The notes: generated from the sequence alone by a model not told the origin. A DNA stretch of 64,000 nt from Chiloscyllium plagiosum (GCF_004010195.1 NC_057719.1:84035108-84099107), one strand, 5' to 3'; shown: positions 38,560 through 52,051, numbered from the stretch's first letter. A program made the numbers and translations.

Positions 38560-38975
38560 GAAAGCAATTGCATTTATACAGTACCCTTCATAAATTCAGG
38601 AGGCCCCAAAGTACTTTCCAGTCAATGAGATATTTAGCAATGTTACTGTTATAATGCAAAAAACAGAGTAGCCAATTCGTGCATGACAAACTCTCAAACA
38701 GAAATATGATTATGATCACATAATCTGTTTTAGTAATGATGTCTGAAGGATAAATATCGACCAGGATTACATGGAGCACCCACTTCATTTCTTCAAAATA
38801 GCACCATAAGAGGGTGATAAGGCCTCAGTTTAACTTCCCATCAGAAAGATGGCACATCCAACAATGCAGTATTTCCTTCAGTATGCACTTCACTGCCAGT
38901 CTGGAATTGACTGTTTTTGGAGTGGGATTTGAAGCCAAAATCTTCTGACTTAAGAGACAAGACTGCTATCAACAC
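38560..38975 (-). mobile_element. Near full-length DeuSINE-like element
   Basis: Reversed tail TTGCATTTATACAG, Deu-domain motif and B box GGGATTTGAAGCC; further copies at ~39700-39995, 42810-43025 (+), 51590-51930 and 60325-60585. Confidence 0.65.
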
Positions 38976-40307
38976 AATTAACACTGTTAAGTTGGATTGA
39001 AAAGGATGCTACAAATGGCCTCTCTCTCTCTCTCTCTTTCGGCTCAAGAGAATGGAGATTTACACTCATTGTTATTTATTGATTTCTGCAATCCTCTAGT
39101 GATAATCAAGCTCAGGGTGTCACCAGTAACCACAGATGAGGCATGACAACTTGGAGGAAGGTGGGGAGGATCAGGCAGTAGCAATGGAACAATCCAGAAC
39201 TAAGCAAAGAATGAGCCTTTTCAGGAAGGGGCTGGGAGAGAGGACAAAGAAAGGAAAGAATAAAATAAGTTAATGCAATCTGCTTGAGATGTTTCACATA
39301 TTATGGCAGAGCATGAAAAGATGTCAGTCAGTAAAACCATGTAGAAGAATATATGCACACATAATCACAATCGCCAGGTGTAATTCTAGAGGGCTCACTC
39401 AACATCACTCTGCAACATGCACATTCTACCTTGTATCCTACAACTGTGATGCGTTGTATATCTTGCCTACGCAAGAATAGCTACAGAAAGAGGGTATTTA
39501 CTCTGGATTTACTCTACAATTTCCAATCAAACCTCTGGCCTTTGAATGATGAGAACAGTGAGAGACCAACAAAGTCACTCACCACAAGACCTAACTCGCC
39601 CTGGAATTTGTTTCTTCCTTCCAGAAGAAAATAAACTCATTTTCATATAGAATCTCTCATGACTGCAGGGAATCACAAATTACATCGAAGCTACTAACTA
39701 AACCACACTAAAAAAAACTGTAGTCACCATTGTACACAAGTAACAAGGCAACCAATTTGCACACAGCAAGAATGCAGCCAAAACCAGACAGTTTGAGTGA
39801 TATTGGTTGAGATAGGATGCTGATCAGGACAAGAACACCTGCGTTACTACCAAGGGACCTTTCCCATCTTCCTGAAAGGGCAAATTGACATTCTATTTGA
39901 AGTCTCACACAGCAAACAGCATCTCCAACTGAGCAGCACTCACTCAGCACTGTACTGAAGTGACAGTCTAAATTTTCTGGTCAAGTCTCTCAAATGCATC
40001 ATTGACAGAAGCTTCATAGAATCCCTACAGGCGGAATTGAACCTGAGTCCCTGGCACTGTGAGGCAGCAGTGCTAACCACTGTGCCGCTCAAAGTTATTT
40101 AAGTTATCACTGCATTACCTGCAGGACATGATCCCATTTCAACAAAAGCAAGGTGGTACTGGAAATCAACTGAGTCATCTGACCTTCCTCTCATTAAATC
40201 TGCACTTTAAAGTAATGAAGTAAATAGAACGATCAAAGCAAACCAATGGCAACAGCATATTGACAGTCTAGTACACACATGCACTCACTCCCACCTGAAC
40301 CCTGAAG

Positions 40308-40812
40308 ATTTTTTTAGAATTTGTTCATGGGATCTTAACATCATTGGTTAAGTCAGAATTTTACTGACTCTCCCTAACTGCCAAAGGGCGGTTAAAGGTC
40401 AACCACATTGCTTTGCCAGGCTTTGTTAAATCACACCAGATAAGAGTTACTCTGGGGAAGGGTCACTTGACCCGAAACATCAATTCTGATTTCTCTCCAC
40501 AGATGCTGCCAGACCTGCTGCGCTTTTCCAGCAATTTCTGTTTTTGTTTTCTGATTTACAGCATCTGGAGTTCTTTTGCTTTCTTTCAGTTAAGAATTGC
40601 AGATTTCCTTTCCCAAAGGAGAAGGACATTAGTGAATTAGTTGGGCTTTTTGGACCATCAGCAGTGGTTACGTAGTCTTTAGGCTTACTTTTTGTTCCAG
40701 TATTTTTAATTGAATTCAAATTTCATTATCTGCAAAGGTGCAATTTGAACCCATGTTCCTCAGAACATTACCCTGGGGTTCTGGATTACTAGTCCAGTGA
40801 CATTAACATCAT
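40308..40812 (-). mobile_element. Second-family SINE interrupted by a plus-strand PLE end (40451-40585)
   Basis: SINE homology on both sides; the insert starts with a degenerate hammerhead CTGGGGAAGGGTCACTTGACCCGAAACATC; degenerate TSD CAG(A/T)TAAGA(G/A)TT(A/G)C. Confidence 0.75.
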
Positions 40813-40849
40813 GCTAAAGGTGGCGATCCATGTTATTGCTAATCTATCC

Positions 40850-41215
40850 ACTACCCCTTTGTATCAGTCCTAACAGACCATGTTGTCTCCCTCCAATCAG
40901 ATTTCCACATCTGCCACGGTAACAGGTGAAACAGTTTATGTCAAAATTACAAATAACATCTTATGTGATCGCAAAAAAATGTAAACTATTCCTGCGCATT
41001 ATTCTCAGCCTATCTTCAGCATTTGACATAACTGACCCTATCAGTTTCTTCAAACGCCACTCAACTGTCATCCATCTGGAACTGTTCTCACCTGGTTCCA
41101 TTCTTATCTGTCAAATTGCAGCCAGAAAATCACGAGCAATGGTTTCTCTTCCGGCTCCCACACCATTACCTCTGGTGAGTCTAGAAAACTATCCTTTGGC
41201 TCCCTCTTATTGCTG
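40850..41215 (+). mobile_element. L2-like RT remnant
   Basis: LRIILSLSSAFDITD (cf. LLDLSAAFDTVDH) in ORF 40926-41216. Confidence 0.6.
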
Positions 41216-41558
41216 ACCTTCATGTGATGGTGAAGTCACTGGTTGCCTTGCTTCTAGCACTCAGAGCGACAAATAATCTTTATTTATCTATAGCATAGCA
41301 GTTCCTAATTGATCTTTTCAAGCTATGACCTTCACAAGGTCCCACACTTGCACATCATCCATTTACACTGACTAGCCAGGGATTACTGTTGGTTTTTAAT
41401 CCTTTATGCGTATATGGAAGACTAAAATGCAAACAGGTCTGCAATTTGGGACATAATCCACAGGAGATGGTTTTCTGCTTCGGGTAGTCTGCGCCTCAGT
41501 GATTTCCTGTGGCTACAGAGACACAGTCCAGTTTGTTTTGAGTTGCATCCCTTCCTAG

Positions 41559-41908
41559 AGGGTGCGGCACATGGCTCAGTGGTTAGCAATACTGCCTCAC
41601 AGTGCCAGACACCTGGGTTCAATTCCAGCCTCAGGCGACTGTCTGTGTGGAGTTTGCACATCGTCCCCGCGTCTGCGTGGGTTTCCCCCGGGTGCTCCGG
41701 TATCCACCCACAATCCAAAGATGTGCAGGTTAGGTAAATTGGCCATGCGAAATTACCCATAGTGTTCAGGGATGTGTAGGTTAGGTGCATTAGTCAGAGG
41801 TAAATATAGAATAATAGGGTAGGGGAATGGGTCTGGGTGCGTTACTCTTTGGAGTGTCGGTGTGGACTGGTTGGGCCGAAGGGCCTGTTTCCACACTGTA
41901 GGGATTCT
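41559..41908 (+). mobile_element. Full-length HE1-like SINE (longer subfamily)
   Basis: A and B boxes; tail CTGTTTCCACACTGTAGGGATTCTA. Confidence 0.9.
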
Positions 41909-42555
41909 ATTATATTCTTTGAAGGATTGCTGTTTGAAGCTCTCTTTCCACCTTCGCGGTGTGGCATTCCACCACTCCTTTCTGGACTTTGCCTGGACAC
42001 CCACTGAATTTATAGTTGTAGTCAATTTTCAGGCCTGTAACCCCCTTTAAACAAACATATGCTGCAATTAGAAGTTCACAATGTCAGTAAATAATTACAA
42101 ATTTTGATCCGTTGTCATGACAGTCTCCCACATCCTATCTGCCATACACATAAAGTCATCTAAAACTCAGCTGCCTGTGTCTAAATTCACACTTTTTCAA
42201 TTATCCTTTTCACTTAGCACCCCAGTGCTCATTGACATAACTGGTTCTAATCAAACAACGTCTTGATTTGAAGAATTCTCATCCTTGTTTACAAATTCCT
42301 CTGTGGTCTCGCACCTTCCTATAGATCTGTAATCTTCTCCAACCCCACAACTCTCTAAGATAACCTCAAATGTAAACTCTCCACAATGTAGACCATGCCT
42401 CAGCCTGCCCACCCTATATCCCTCCACTGTCTGCTCACTTTCTGCCTTTAAAATATACCTTCACAGTTCCCTCTTTTGCCAAAGCTTTGATTAGTCAACC
42501 TAATATTTCCCAATGTGACTCGGCGCTTTACTTTATAACGTCATGAAGCACCATG

Positions 42556-42644
42556 TTATAGCCCAACAGGTTTAATTGGAAGCACACTAGCTTTCGGAGC
42601 GCCACTCCTTCATCAGATGCCAGTCCAACGCCGGCATCTCCAAA
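42556..42644. mobile_element. 89 bp PLE micro-insertion: inverted hammerhead segment plus 3' tail
   Basis: Perfect 15 bp TSD TCATGAAGCACCATG at 42541-42555 and 42645-42659. Confidence 0.9.
42585..42619 (-). ncRNA. Minimal hammerhead ribozyme motif (AGCT-palindrome family)
   Basis: Reverse complement CAT-CTGATGA-A-GGAGT-GGC-GCTCC-GAAA-GC-TA-GTG. Confidence 0.7.
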
Positions 42645-43324
42645 TCATGAAGCACCATGAGATGTTTTATTACACTTTAAAGGTATCACGTAAGTTGTTA
42701 CTGTTCGGTGCAATGCCAAGATCTTACAGAGTATGAAGGCTGAAAAACACAATTAGACGTACACAAAAGGTCCCATGTCACCAATCGGAAGAAAAGCATA
42801 GAAATTCTCTTGGTTAATACTTATCTCTTAAGCACATCACTAAGAACAGATTATCTGGTTTTTATCCCATTGACATTTGTGGTCTTTTGCTGTGAGCAAA
42901 TTGGCAGCCACGTTTCTCATTTTACAAAAGTGACAACATTTCATACGCACGTCACTGGCTGTGAAGTGGTCTGGAATGTTCCGAGGTCACTTTAAAGTGA
43001 TTTACAATTGCACGCTTTCCTTCATTCTTGATTAAGTAGAATTTTAGGAAATAACGGGAATTCTCAGTTGAGCTCTTGTAGTAGATTGCAGAAATGGCTC
43101 TGAATTGTAATGGAAGTGTGTAAGAAAGATACTTTACCTGGTGTTCTTTTATGACTTGTCTGACAATGGACAAACTAGTTGTACAGGCATGAAGTGAAGC
43201 GCACGGGACACACAAAGGAAAAGCACACCACACTTCAAAAGGAATCAAGACATTGCTCAGATTTTTGAGGGCTATTCCACTTTAACTTCCAAAAATATAA
43301 CTTCGGATCTGCTGCCTCTCAGCT

Positions 43325-43347
43325 GGGGGGGGGGGGGGGGGGGGGGG
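43325..43347. repeat. G homopolymer (23 nt)
   Basis: Direct count. Confidence 0.9.
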
Positions 43348-43869
43348 AATAAACAGCAAACGATAGAGAATTTAATCTGAAGAGAATTTAGTAAGTTTAA
43401 TTAAAAACATAGCCTCCAGTTAGATTCATGACAAAGTCTCAATTACAGAACTAAGTCAAGCAGGAAGATAGAATCAATTAGTTTTTGTTTTTGATAATCA
43501 GTATTTCAGCTTCTTCAAAGGCTGATAATGAAAATGAAATTCAAGCAAATCTCTTTCAGTCATGGGCTTAAGTCCTTTCTCAACAATTGCATTGATTATC
43601 CTGAGGTCCAGTTCATTGCACACTAGAAATATAAACAGGCTGACAAAATTGCAACTGTAGCCTCCTTTTAGTGGCAAGGCTTATTATTAGTTTCAAATCA
43701 GTTATGTGAGCAAAGATAAGTGGAAATAGGGATCAAGTGGAAAACATCATTCGTTTGGGAGAAAAAGTGCTGGAAAAACTCAACTGGTCTATTAGCATCT
43801 ATGGATAGAGAAACACAGTTGACGCTTTGAATCTTATATAACTCAAATCACTGGACACAGATCGAAGGA

Positions 43870-44295
43870 GTCATGAATGGTGCTGAATATTATACAATCA
43901 CCAGTGAACATGCCCACTTCTGATCTTATGTTGGAAGGAAAGTTAATAATAAAGCAGTTGAAGAAGGTCAGACCTCAGATATTACCCAGAGAAATTCATG
44001 TGACGTCGTCTCTGAAATTGAGAGGATTGACATCCAATAAGCAAAACCCATATTCTTTTATGCTGCATATAACTCTAACCAGCAGACACTTTACTCTGAT
44101 TCCCAGTGACTTCAGTTTTGCTAGGGCTCCGTGAAAACAAGGGCAGTCACTCGCAATATCTTTGTCTATGTCTGAAACAAAGCTGTCGAGAGGTCAGGAG
44201 TGAGTTGCCTTCACAGAACCCAAACTGACCATCACTCAACTGGTTATTGCTGAGCAAGTGCCACCTTAATGCAGTGAAGGAACATCGGAAGAGGA
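43870..44295 (-). mobile_element. CR1-group LINE RT fragment
   Basis: HLLSNNQLSDGQFGF on minus; homologous to 36790-37200. Confidence 0.7.
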
Positions 44296-44664
44296 GTAGA
44301 CTATTCAGAATGTTGAAACTACCTCTGCCATTCAATGGCTGACCGAACACTTCAATGCCTTTTACCAACTCCATCACCGTAACCCTGTAGACATTTGGTA
44401 ATCAAAACTGATCAATCCCTACCGTAAACATATTCAAAAATGGAGCTTCCACAGCCGAGTGGTAAAGAATTCCCAAGGTTCACAAACCTGAGTTAAAAAA
44501 ACTCATCTTATTTTTTAAATTGTGCCCCCTGGTTGTACACTCCCCAAACAGGGGCCACATCCTACCTGCAACTACACCCTCTAAGATGAGGAAAGATTTT
44601 GTCACTCAAAAGGGTGGTGAATCTGTATAATTCTCTACGACAGGAGGCTGTGAAGTCCATGTGG

Positions 44665-44794
44665 GCGAAAGTGAGGACTGCAGGTGCTGGAGATTAGAAT
44701 CAAGATTAGGGTGGCGCTGGGAAGACACAGCAGGTCAGGCAGCATCCCAGGAGCAGGAAAATCGAAGTTTCAGGCAGGAGCCCTTCATCAGGAA
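44665..44794 (-). mobile_element. PLE mini-insertion starting at a degenerate hammerhead
   Basis: Same family as 5075-5266; degenerate TSD AAGTCCATGT/AAATCCACGT. Confidence 0.8.
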
Positions 44795-45175
44795 ATCCAC
44801 GTCACTGTATATATTCAAGAAGGAGGTAGATTAATTTTTAAGAATGCAGAAATATTACATTAGGATGGAATATCAGGCACCATCATTTTGAGTGATAGCG
44901 TAGACTCAAAGGGTGAAATTACCAAATGAAAATTGAGGATGCACAAGAAACCTGAATTAAAAGCGTTGAGATTTAAATGAGGTCAGAGATTTAAAAAATT
45001 CAGAATTCTAAAATCAAGTTGATACAGGATTTTAATCCAGCAAGCACATTTTACAACACACCAGAGTACAGGCAATTTCCTGGGACACTTTTCAATCTCT
45101 GGATTCTATCCCTTGAGCATGTCTAAAGAGTTTAGCTTTCACAGAGATTCAAGCCTTTGGTCAGGACTGGGACTT

Positions 45176-45742
45176 AGAGTCATATAGCACAGAAACAGAT
45201 TCTTTGGTCCAACTCATCCGTGCTGATCAGACATCCCTTTCTGACTTAGTCCCATTTGCCAGCATGTGGCCCATATCCCTCTAAATCCTTCCTATTTATA
45301 TACCGATTCGGATGCCTTTTAAATGGTGTAATTGTATTAGCCTCCACCACTTCCTCTTTTTCAAATGGGCCAACAGGCTGCAGAGTGGCAGATGGAGTTT
45401 AATTTAGACAAATGTGTGGTGCTGCTGTTTGGTAACACAAACCAGGCAGAACCCATATAGTTAATAGCAGGGCCCTGGGGAGTGTTTCCGAACTTAGGGG
45501 TGCAGGTGAATAATTCCTTGAAAGTGAAGTCGCAGGTTTACGGGGAAGGTGGCATTTGGCACACTTACCTTCACTGCTCAGTGCTTTGAGTATAGGAGTT
45601 GGGACATCACGTTGCAGCTGTACAGGACATCAGTTCGTCTACATTTAGAATATAGCGTACAATTCTGGTCACCCTCCTAAAGGAAGGATGTTGTTAAACT
45701 TGACAGGGTGCAGAAGGGATTTACAAGATGTTGCTGGGACTT
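45176..45742. mobile_element. CR1 LINE with 5' inversion
   Basis: Minus-strand 3' end (45176-45356) joined to a plus-strand upstream ORF2 segment (45365-45740); CTGGGACTT at 45167-45175 and 45734-45742. Confidence 0.8.
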
Positions 45743-47574
45743 CATAAAAAATACTGTTTGGCTACAGACTACCTACACAGTGAGACAGATCATTAAACTG
45801 GCAAAGACCATGGAGCTTTCTAACTTTGAAGCCAAGTGAAATCACTAATGGTATTCCCCAGCAATACAGCATGAATGACCCAGTTGGGTTAGAAAGGGCG
45901 TGATAAAGTGGACCACGTTGAGAGAATACACTGCACATGCTGAGATGAAAGGTTCAGGCAAAGTGGAAGAAATGAAATCAAAAGCTAACCATGAAAATGG
46001 AAAAATTACAAAGTAGTTTGTGCATTAAATCGCACAAGATGAATACCTGGCCTCAAACCAGGGTCTATGTCGATCAATCATGGATTACATCAAAGTCTCC
46101 TCACTAAGAGCCTGATTGTCAGCTACAGCAAGAGAGGCACGAAAACAGTCAATTCGAGTCTGCTGATGGTCTGGGAATTAGGTGAACCCTCAGTGATAAA
46201 AGGGTAAGGGAAAGAGAACCAAAACAACAGAGGCGAAAAGATGCCATTTTACTGCATGTAAGTTCTGACCCTTGACAATTCACACATTGTGTTCACAGCA
46301 TGATATTGTCGAAACACTCGATACCCCTTCCCTTTTCCTCCTCCTCCTCATCTAAAAGGGTGGCTTCCGTTGAGGGCATATGTACACAGGGAAACTTGTT
46401 ATTTTGCATCAAACACAAGAGTGAACAGAATACACAGCCAAATTCAAATTAAAGCAAAACTTTTATACATTACTCTGAAGTCCCCAAGTACAGGAAATCA
46501 GAACTGCAATTCTTGCACCCAGAACAAGACACAAATTTGGAGAAAGATATCAAGAGGAAAATGTAAACGATATAAACTGGAAAACCCCTGAGAAAAATGT
46601 GTTGTTTATGAAAATTAAACCATTCGTAAAGCAATCCCTTTACAAGTCCAAACCTAGTGTTAATCATTCACCACCAAGGCCGAACAAGTGCTCCTTACGC
46701 ACAAAAATAAACAACACCCAGACAGATTGATGAAGTGCAGGTTTGTGAATAGGGAGTCTTTCACCTGAGTGCTGAAAATTACTGACATCATCAAAGCCTC
46801 ACGGAAACTGAACTGAAAATCAAATATACCCAATAAAGGCAGTGCTGAGGGACTAGGTGAGGCCTGGCCATGACCTCCATTCAAGGACACTTAATTAATA
46901 GGCAAAGGCCTTACAAGCTTCAGGAGCTTCAGCCACCTAGAAAGGTCATTCCTCATTAACCCTAACTGTCGACTCTCAATTGCGCTGCTCAGCAAACGCT
47001 TTTTCTGAATCTGGGACTCTGAAGGTTGCAGTAGAATGGCTTTATTGATGCTTCTGTTGCTTGGTGTGGCTTGGCCTCCCCTGACCTGGCCTGCAACCCC
47101 CATCACCTCCCTGACTATGATCAGCCACGGCCTTGAAAGGAGTATTTGGCCACTTCAGCACTTTGGACACGTATTGGTAACAGCTGTGGGCTCCAGCTAA
47201 GCCCAACTGTTTAGTTTCCCAGGAGACAGCCTCGGAATCAAACTGGCCCATTGGCTTTGCAAGGAGTTGCATTCTAATTCAGCAGTGTTTCAATTTACAA
47301 AGCTGCTGTTGTTACAGAGCTTTCGGAAGAGATTCATCAAATTTTCAAAGCCATGTGTGTCCCCTTTCCATGATTCAGTGAGTAACTGCACTGGTACTGG
47401 ACCAATCACAAAAAGGCTCAGGCCTGGTTCTTGATCTGCACTCAAGCAGACAATGACCCTTGGATTACTCATAGTTAGAACCAGAAGAATGAACTAGCTA
47501 AGGTTCCCACTCAAAATGGGTTATGGGTAAGCTTAACAACAATGCTTTTCTTGGTCATAGAACTCAATGGATTC

Positions 47575-48554
47575 AGGGCTGGGTCCACTATTTTTCGTCA
47601 GTTATATAAATGATTCGGATGTGAGTCTAAGAGTTATAGTTAGTAGTTTGCAAATGACACCAAAATTGGGGGTGTAGTGGACAATGAAGAAAATTACCTC
47701 AGATTACAACGGAATTTTGATCAGAGGGGCCAATGGGCTGAGGAGTGGCAGATGAAGTTCAATTTAGATAAATGCGAGGTGCTGCATTTTGGGAAAGCAA
47801 ATCTTAGCAGGACTTATACACTTAATGGTAAGGTTTTAGGGAGTGTTGCTGAACAAAGAGACCTTGGAGTGCAGGTTCATATCTCCTTGAAAGTGGAATT
47901 GTAGGTGGAGAGGATAGTGAAGAAGGCTTTTGGTATGCTTTCCTTTATTGGTCAGAGTATTGAGTACAGGAGTTGGGCGGTTATTTTGCGGCTCTCCAGG
48001 ACATTGGTTAAGCCACTTTTGGAACATTGCATGCAATTCTGATCTCTTTCCTATCGGAAAGATGTTGTGAAATTTGAAAGGTTTCGGAAAATATTTACAA
48101 GGATATTGCTAGAACTGGAGGATTTGAGCTACAGGGAGAGATTGAATAGGCTGGGGCTGTTTTCACTGGAGCGTTGGAAGCTGAGGGGTGACCTTAGAGA
48201 GGTTTATAAAATCATGAGGAGCATGGATAGGATAAATAGACTCTTCCCTGGGGTGGAGGAGTCTAGAACTAGAGGGCATAGGTTGAGGGTGAGAGGGGAA
48301 AGATATAAAAGAGACCTAAGGGGCAACTTTTTCACGCAGAGGGTGGTATGTGTATGGAATGAGCTGCCAGAGCAATTGGTGGAGGCTAGTACAATTGCAA
48401 CATTTAAAAGACACTTGGATGGGTATATGAATAGGAAGGATTCATAGGGATATTGGCCAGGTGCTGGCAGGTGGGACTAGATTGAGTTGGGATATCTGGT
48501 CGGCATGGACAAGTTGGACCGAAGGGTCTGTTTCCGTGCTGTATATCTCTATGA
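47575..48554 (+). mobile_element. Relatively young CR1/HER1-like LINE, 5'-truncated
   Basis: ORFs 47677-47904 (WQMKFNLDKCEVLHFG..EQRDLGV) and 48067-48447 (LSYRERLNRLGLFSLE...WNELP) plus 3' UTR. Confidence 0.93.
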
Positions 48555-48847
48555 CAAGTTTGGACAATCAGAACAGTGAAAACGGTCATGCCAGCACTTA
48601 GAAAGGAATTCTTAAATATGGAATTAGTAGTCCAATGGAAAGAAACTGGGAAAAGAGAGTCAAGATTTAAATAGCTGTAATAAAGGATGATATATTTCCT
48701 CAATTGAATTTCTTTAACAGACAGCATGGGAAACAGATTGAAACTTGAACTGTCTGTGTTAAGAACATTTAACGATATATATCTGCTTGCTTTTTCCTTC
48801 TCAAGTTAAAGACTTATGTTTATTCTTAAAAGCTATATCTGCAGCCT

Positions 48848-49355
48848 CATAGAGACATACAGGCCCTTTGGCCCAACTTGTCCATACCTACCAGGTTTCT
48901 GAAACTGAACTAGTCCCATTTGCCTGTCGTTGGCCCTTATCCTTCAAAACCTTTCCTGTTCATGTACCTGTCCAAATGTCTTTTAAAACATTGGAATTAT
49001 ACCCAAATCCTCTAGCCTTTTCCTCTTGCAGTTCATTCCATTAATGCACCAGCCTCTGTGTGAAAAAGTTGCCCCACGGATCCCTTTTAAATCTTTCCTT
49101 CTCACCTTAAACCCAAACCCTCTAGTCTTGGACTCCCGTAGCCTGAGGAAAAGACCTGGGCAATTCACCTTATCTATTCCCCTCATGATTTTATAAACCT
49201 CTGCAAAGGTCACCCCTCAGCTTCCCACACTCCAGGGAAAAAAGTCCCAGCCTATTCAGCCTCTCCTTATAACTCAAACCTTTCAGTCTCGGTAACATCC
49301 TTGTCAATCGTTCTAGCACCCTTCCCAGTTTGACAACATCCTTCCTGTAAAAGGG
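48848..49355 (-). mobile_element. CR1 LINE 3' fragment, tail-to-tail with the previous copy
   Basis: EVYKIMRGIDKV..LF on minus strand. Confidence 0.88.
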
Positions 49356-52051
49356 TGGCCAGATCAGAAATGAAGAAATTCCTCTTCATCTCTCCTCGTT
49401 GGTCCACACCTTACCCTGAGGTTATGCCCTCTAGTCCAAGACTTACACACAAGACAAGCTCTCTGCATTTACTCGGTCAAGAAATGTTGTGCTATTTTCC
49501 CAGAGGGCCACTCCTGGTACCTCATGATATTTGCCACCTCTAACAATACATGGTACTGTGTAAGAGTTGCTTGGGGTAATTATCTGACACGTCTCCTTTG
49601 ACTTATCCATTAGCTAGAAGTAAAATGTACACCACCACAGAGTATCTAGAGAAGAGCACTCTTCTTAGGTATCAAGATGGTTTACTGCAAGAAAGCAATA
49701 AATGCAACTACATCAAATCAGACATAATTACAAGGACCTTATGTGAAAATGTTTCAGTGACTAACCATCATATTAAACTGCAAAAATTAAACAAAAATCA
49801 CAAATTCAAACATAAATCGACTAAGCCAGGTTTAATTCTTGGATCTGACCCATCCAGTATTACCATCATCTATGATCAAATTTAGTTGATGAAACTTCTG
49901 AGACACTTAAAAGCACCATTGCGTTCAATATCTGAGCAACTGCCTACTTCTTGGGTGGAATTTTGCACTCATCCCAGGGGCAGGAAGCAAGCTGCATGGG
50001 GTCAAAATACAGCAACGCAATGGCAGAACAAGACTTTGCAACTTGAAAGGGGTCATGCAACCCTTTTGCATCTTATGAATGCTTATTTAAAAGTCAGTAT
50101 GTCAAGGATTACGATCCAATTTCAAACTGGGAAGGGTGCTAGAACGATCGAAATGAACATGTGCCTTCAGATTCACAATTTCATAATGGAGGTATGCACC
50201 AGGTAAAGTGGTCATCGTCTAGGACTGGAGTCTTTGGGAAGCATTAATCTATGCCATTCAATGAACGAGACTGGGGTCCAATAGCCCGGATGGCATGATG
50301 CATTGAGGATGACCATAGGAAGGAGGCTAGAGTGCAATATTAGCAAGGAAAGAAGGCTGGGCAAGGATGGATGTCTCATTGGGAAAGAATGCAAAGCAAG
50401 GGTGGAAGGGCTGTATGCAAATGTTAGTAGCATAGGTGTTAGCAATTTCATGGTGAGGGACGACGGTTGTATAGTAAGCCTGAAGGATAGGGTTGGTAGT
50501 GTCAACACTGGGGATGAACACAAGGGTACAGGGAAACGACTGGAATAGTGACAGTAATAAAAGGAACTGGACACAACAGGAAAGTGGATAGCATTGTGGG
50601 AGCATGTGTGGGAGAAAGGGCATCTCTAAAGAACGCAGATGACTTTGCTAACAGGAGGTCTCAGGGTCAGGCTGGGCATGAGACATTGGCACTCGATGCT
50701 TTAAGAGGAGTGATAAAATGTGGATGATAACTGTAATGAGATCCAGTACAACAGGTGGAGACTCAGCAGTGACAGAGGGGAAGTTGGTCTGAACAGGAGC
50801 ATGGTTAAGGATAATGGACAGCGGGGGGGGGAGAAATGTTAGATCATCTGAAAGTGAGGCACAATTCTACACATTTCTCTAGTTCAGAATGTAGTTCCTC
50901 TGCAATAATGAATTTGGAAGAAAGTCTTTGAAGGTGGGAAGATTTCTTTCATACTCCACATGTTAAGCGAAGGCAAGACACATGAAATAACAAATCAACT
51001 CCACAAGATTCATCCTCAGGTGTGTTCTTCCTCCCTACAGAGAAACCCACAAGGAAACATGTGTACTCTATGACAAAGGGAACTCATGACATTGAGATCC
51101 CAGCAAGGTCAAGAACATGAGACAAAGTGCATCTGTTGTTGGCTCAGGCAAGACAGCTCAAGAGCTGCAAAACAAATGCTAATCAGATTGAATCCTGCCA
51201 TTTGTTCGCCATCATACATTAAATTGGAACAAGTGAACATTGCCCTTCTGCTAGCCAAGGTGCAGTGAGGTCACAGGGCCACATCTTGCCATGCTGTAGC
51301 ATTTCTGGCAAATGTGGAGCCAGCACTTTGAACCCATAAGATAGCAGCAGGGTCATTGACAACCTGCTTACTTCCATCTCAGGATTCACCAATTTACTCA
51401 GGTAGGCATAGACAATGAGTTGGGCATTGCTCAATCACTCGAGGGGAAGTGATCGACCAGCAGGTGAATGTTACTCTCACGTAAAAGCCCGATGCCAAGC
51501 TCAGGGTGCATAATGGACAATTCCATCCTTTTTCGGTGTGTGATCGGCGGACAGAATTATAGCCTGGCCTGATATTCAGAAAAAATAGTTGTTTTTAATT
51601 TCTATAGCTCTCTTTTACAATCTCAGGACATCCAAAAATGCTTTGTAGCAATTTAAGTACTTTCCTTCATATATTGTCAGCGTTCTGACATAGGAAACAC
51701 AACAGAAACGTGCCAACAGTGATCTTCCACAGCAGTAATACGATGATAACCTGACCATCTGTCTTTCCCAGCCCTCCCCCACCCCCTTGCCAGCCTGATG
51801 TAAGTCAAGGGATAAATATCAACCAAAACCTTGTGCAGAACCTGCCCGCCTTCTTCAAAATAGTCTGTGGGGCCTTTTACACCCAACTGTGAGAGCAGAT
51901 GGGTGTCAGTTAATTGGCTCAAACAAACAACAACGTTCTGGCAGAGAGGCATAATCAATTGAGACTTGGCTGATAATGGCAAAGAAACCTTCAATCAGGA
52001 TAAGCTCACGGTGATCAACAGCAAGAACCCAGGCTGACTTTCATTCTTTTT

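Noticed and set aside
43325..43347. G23 run as a functional G-quadruplex
   Set aside because: Long G homopolymers are commonly sequencing or assembly artefacts, and there is no supporting context
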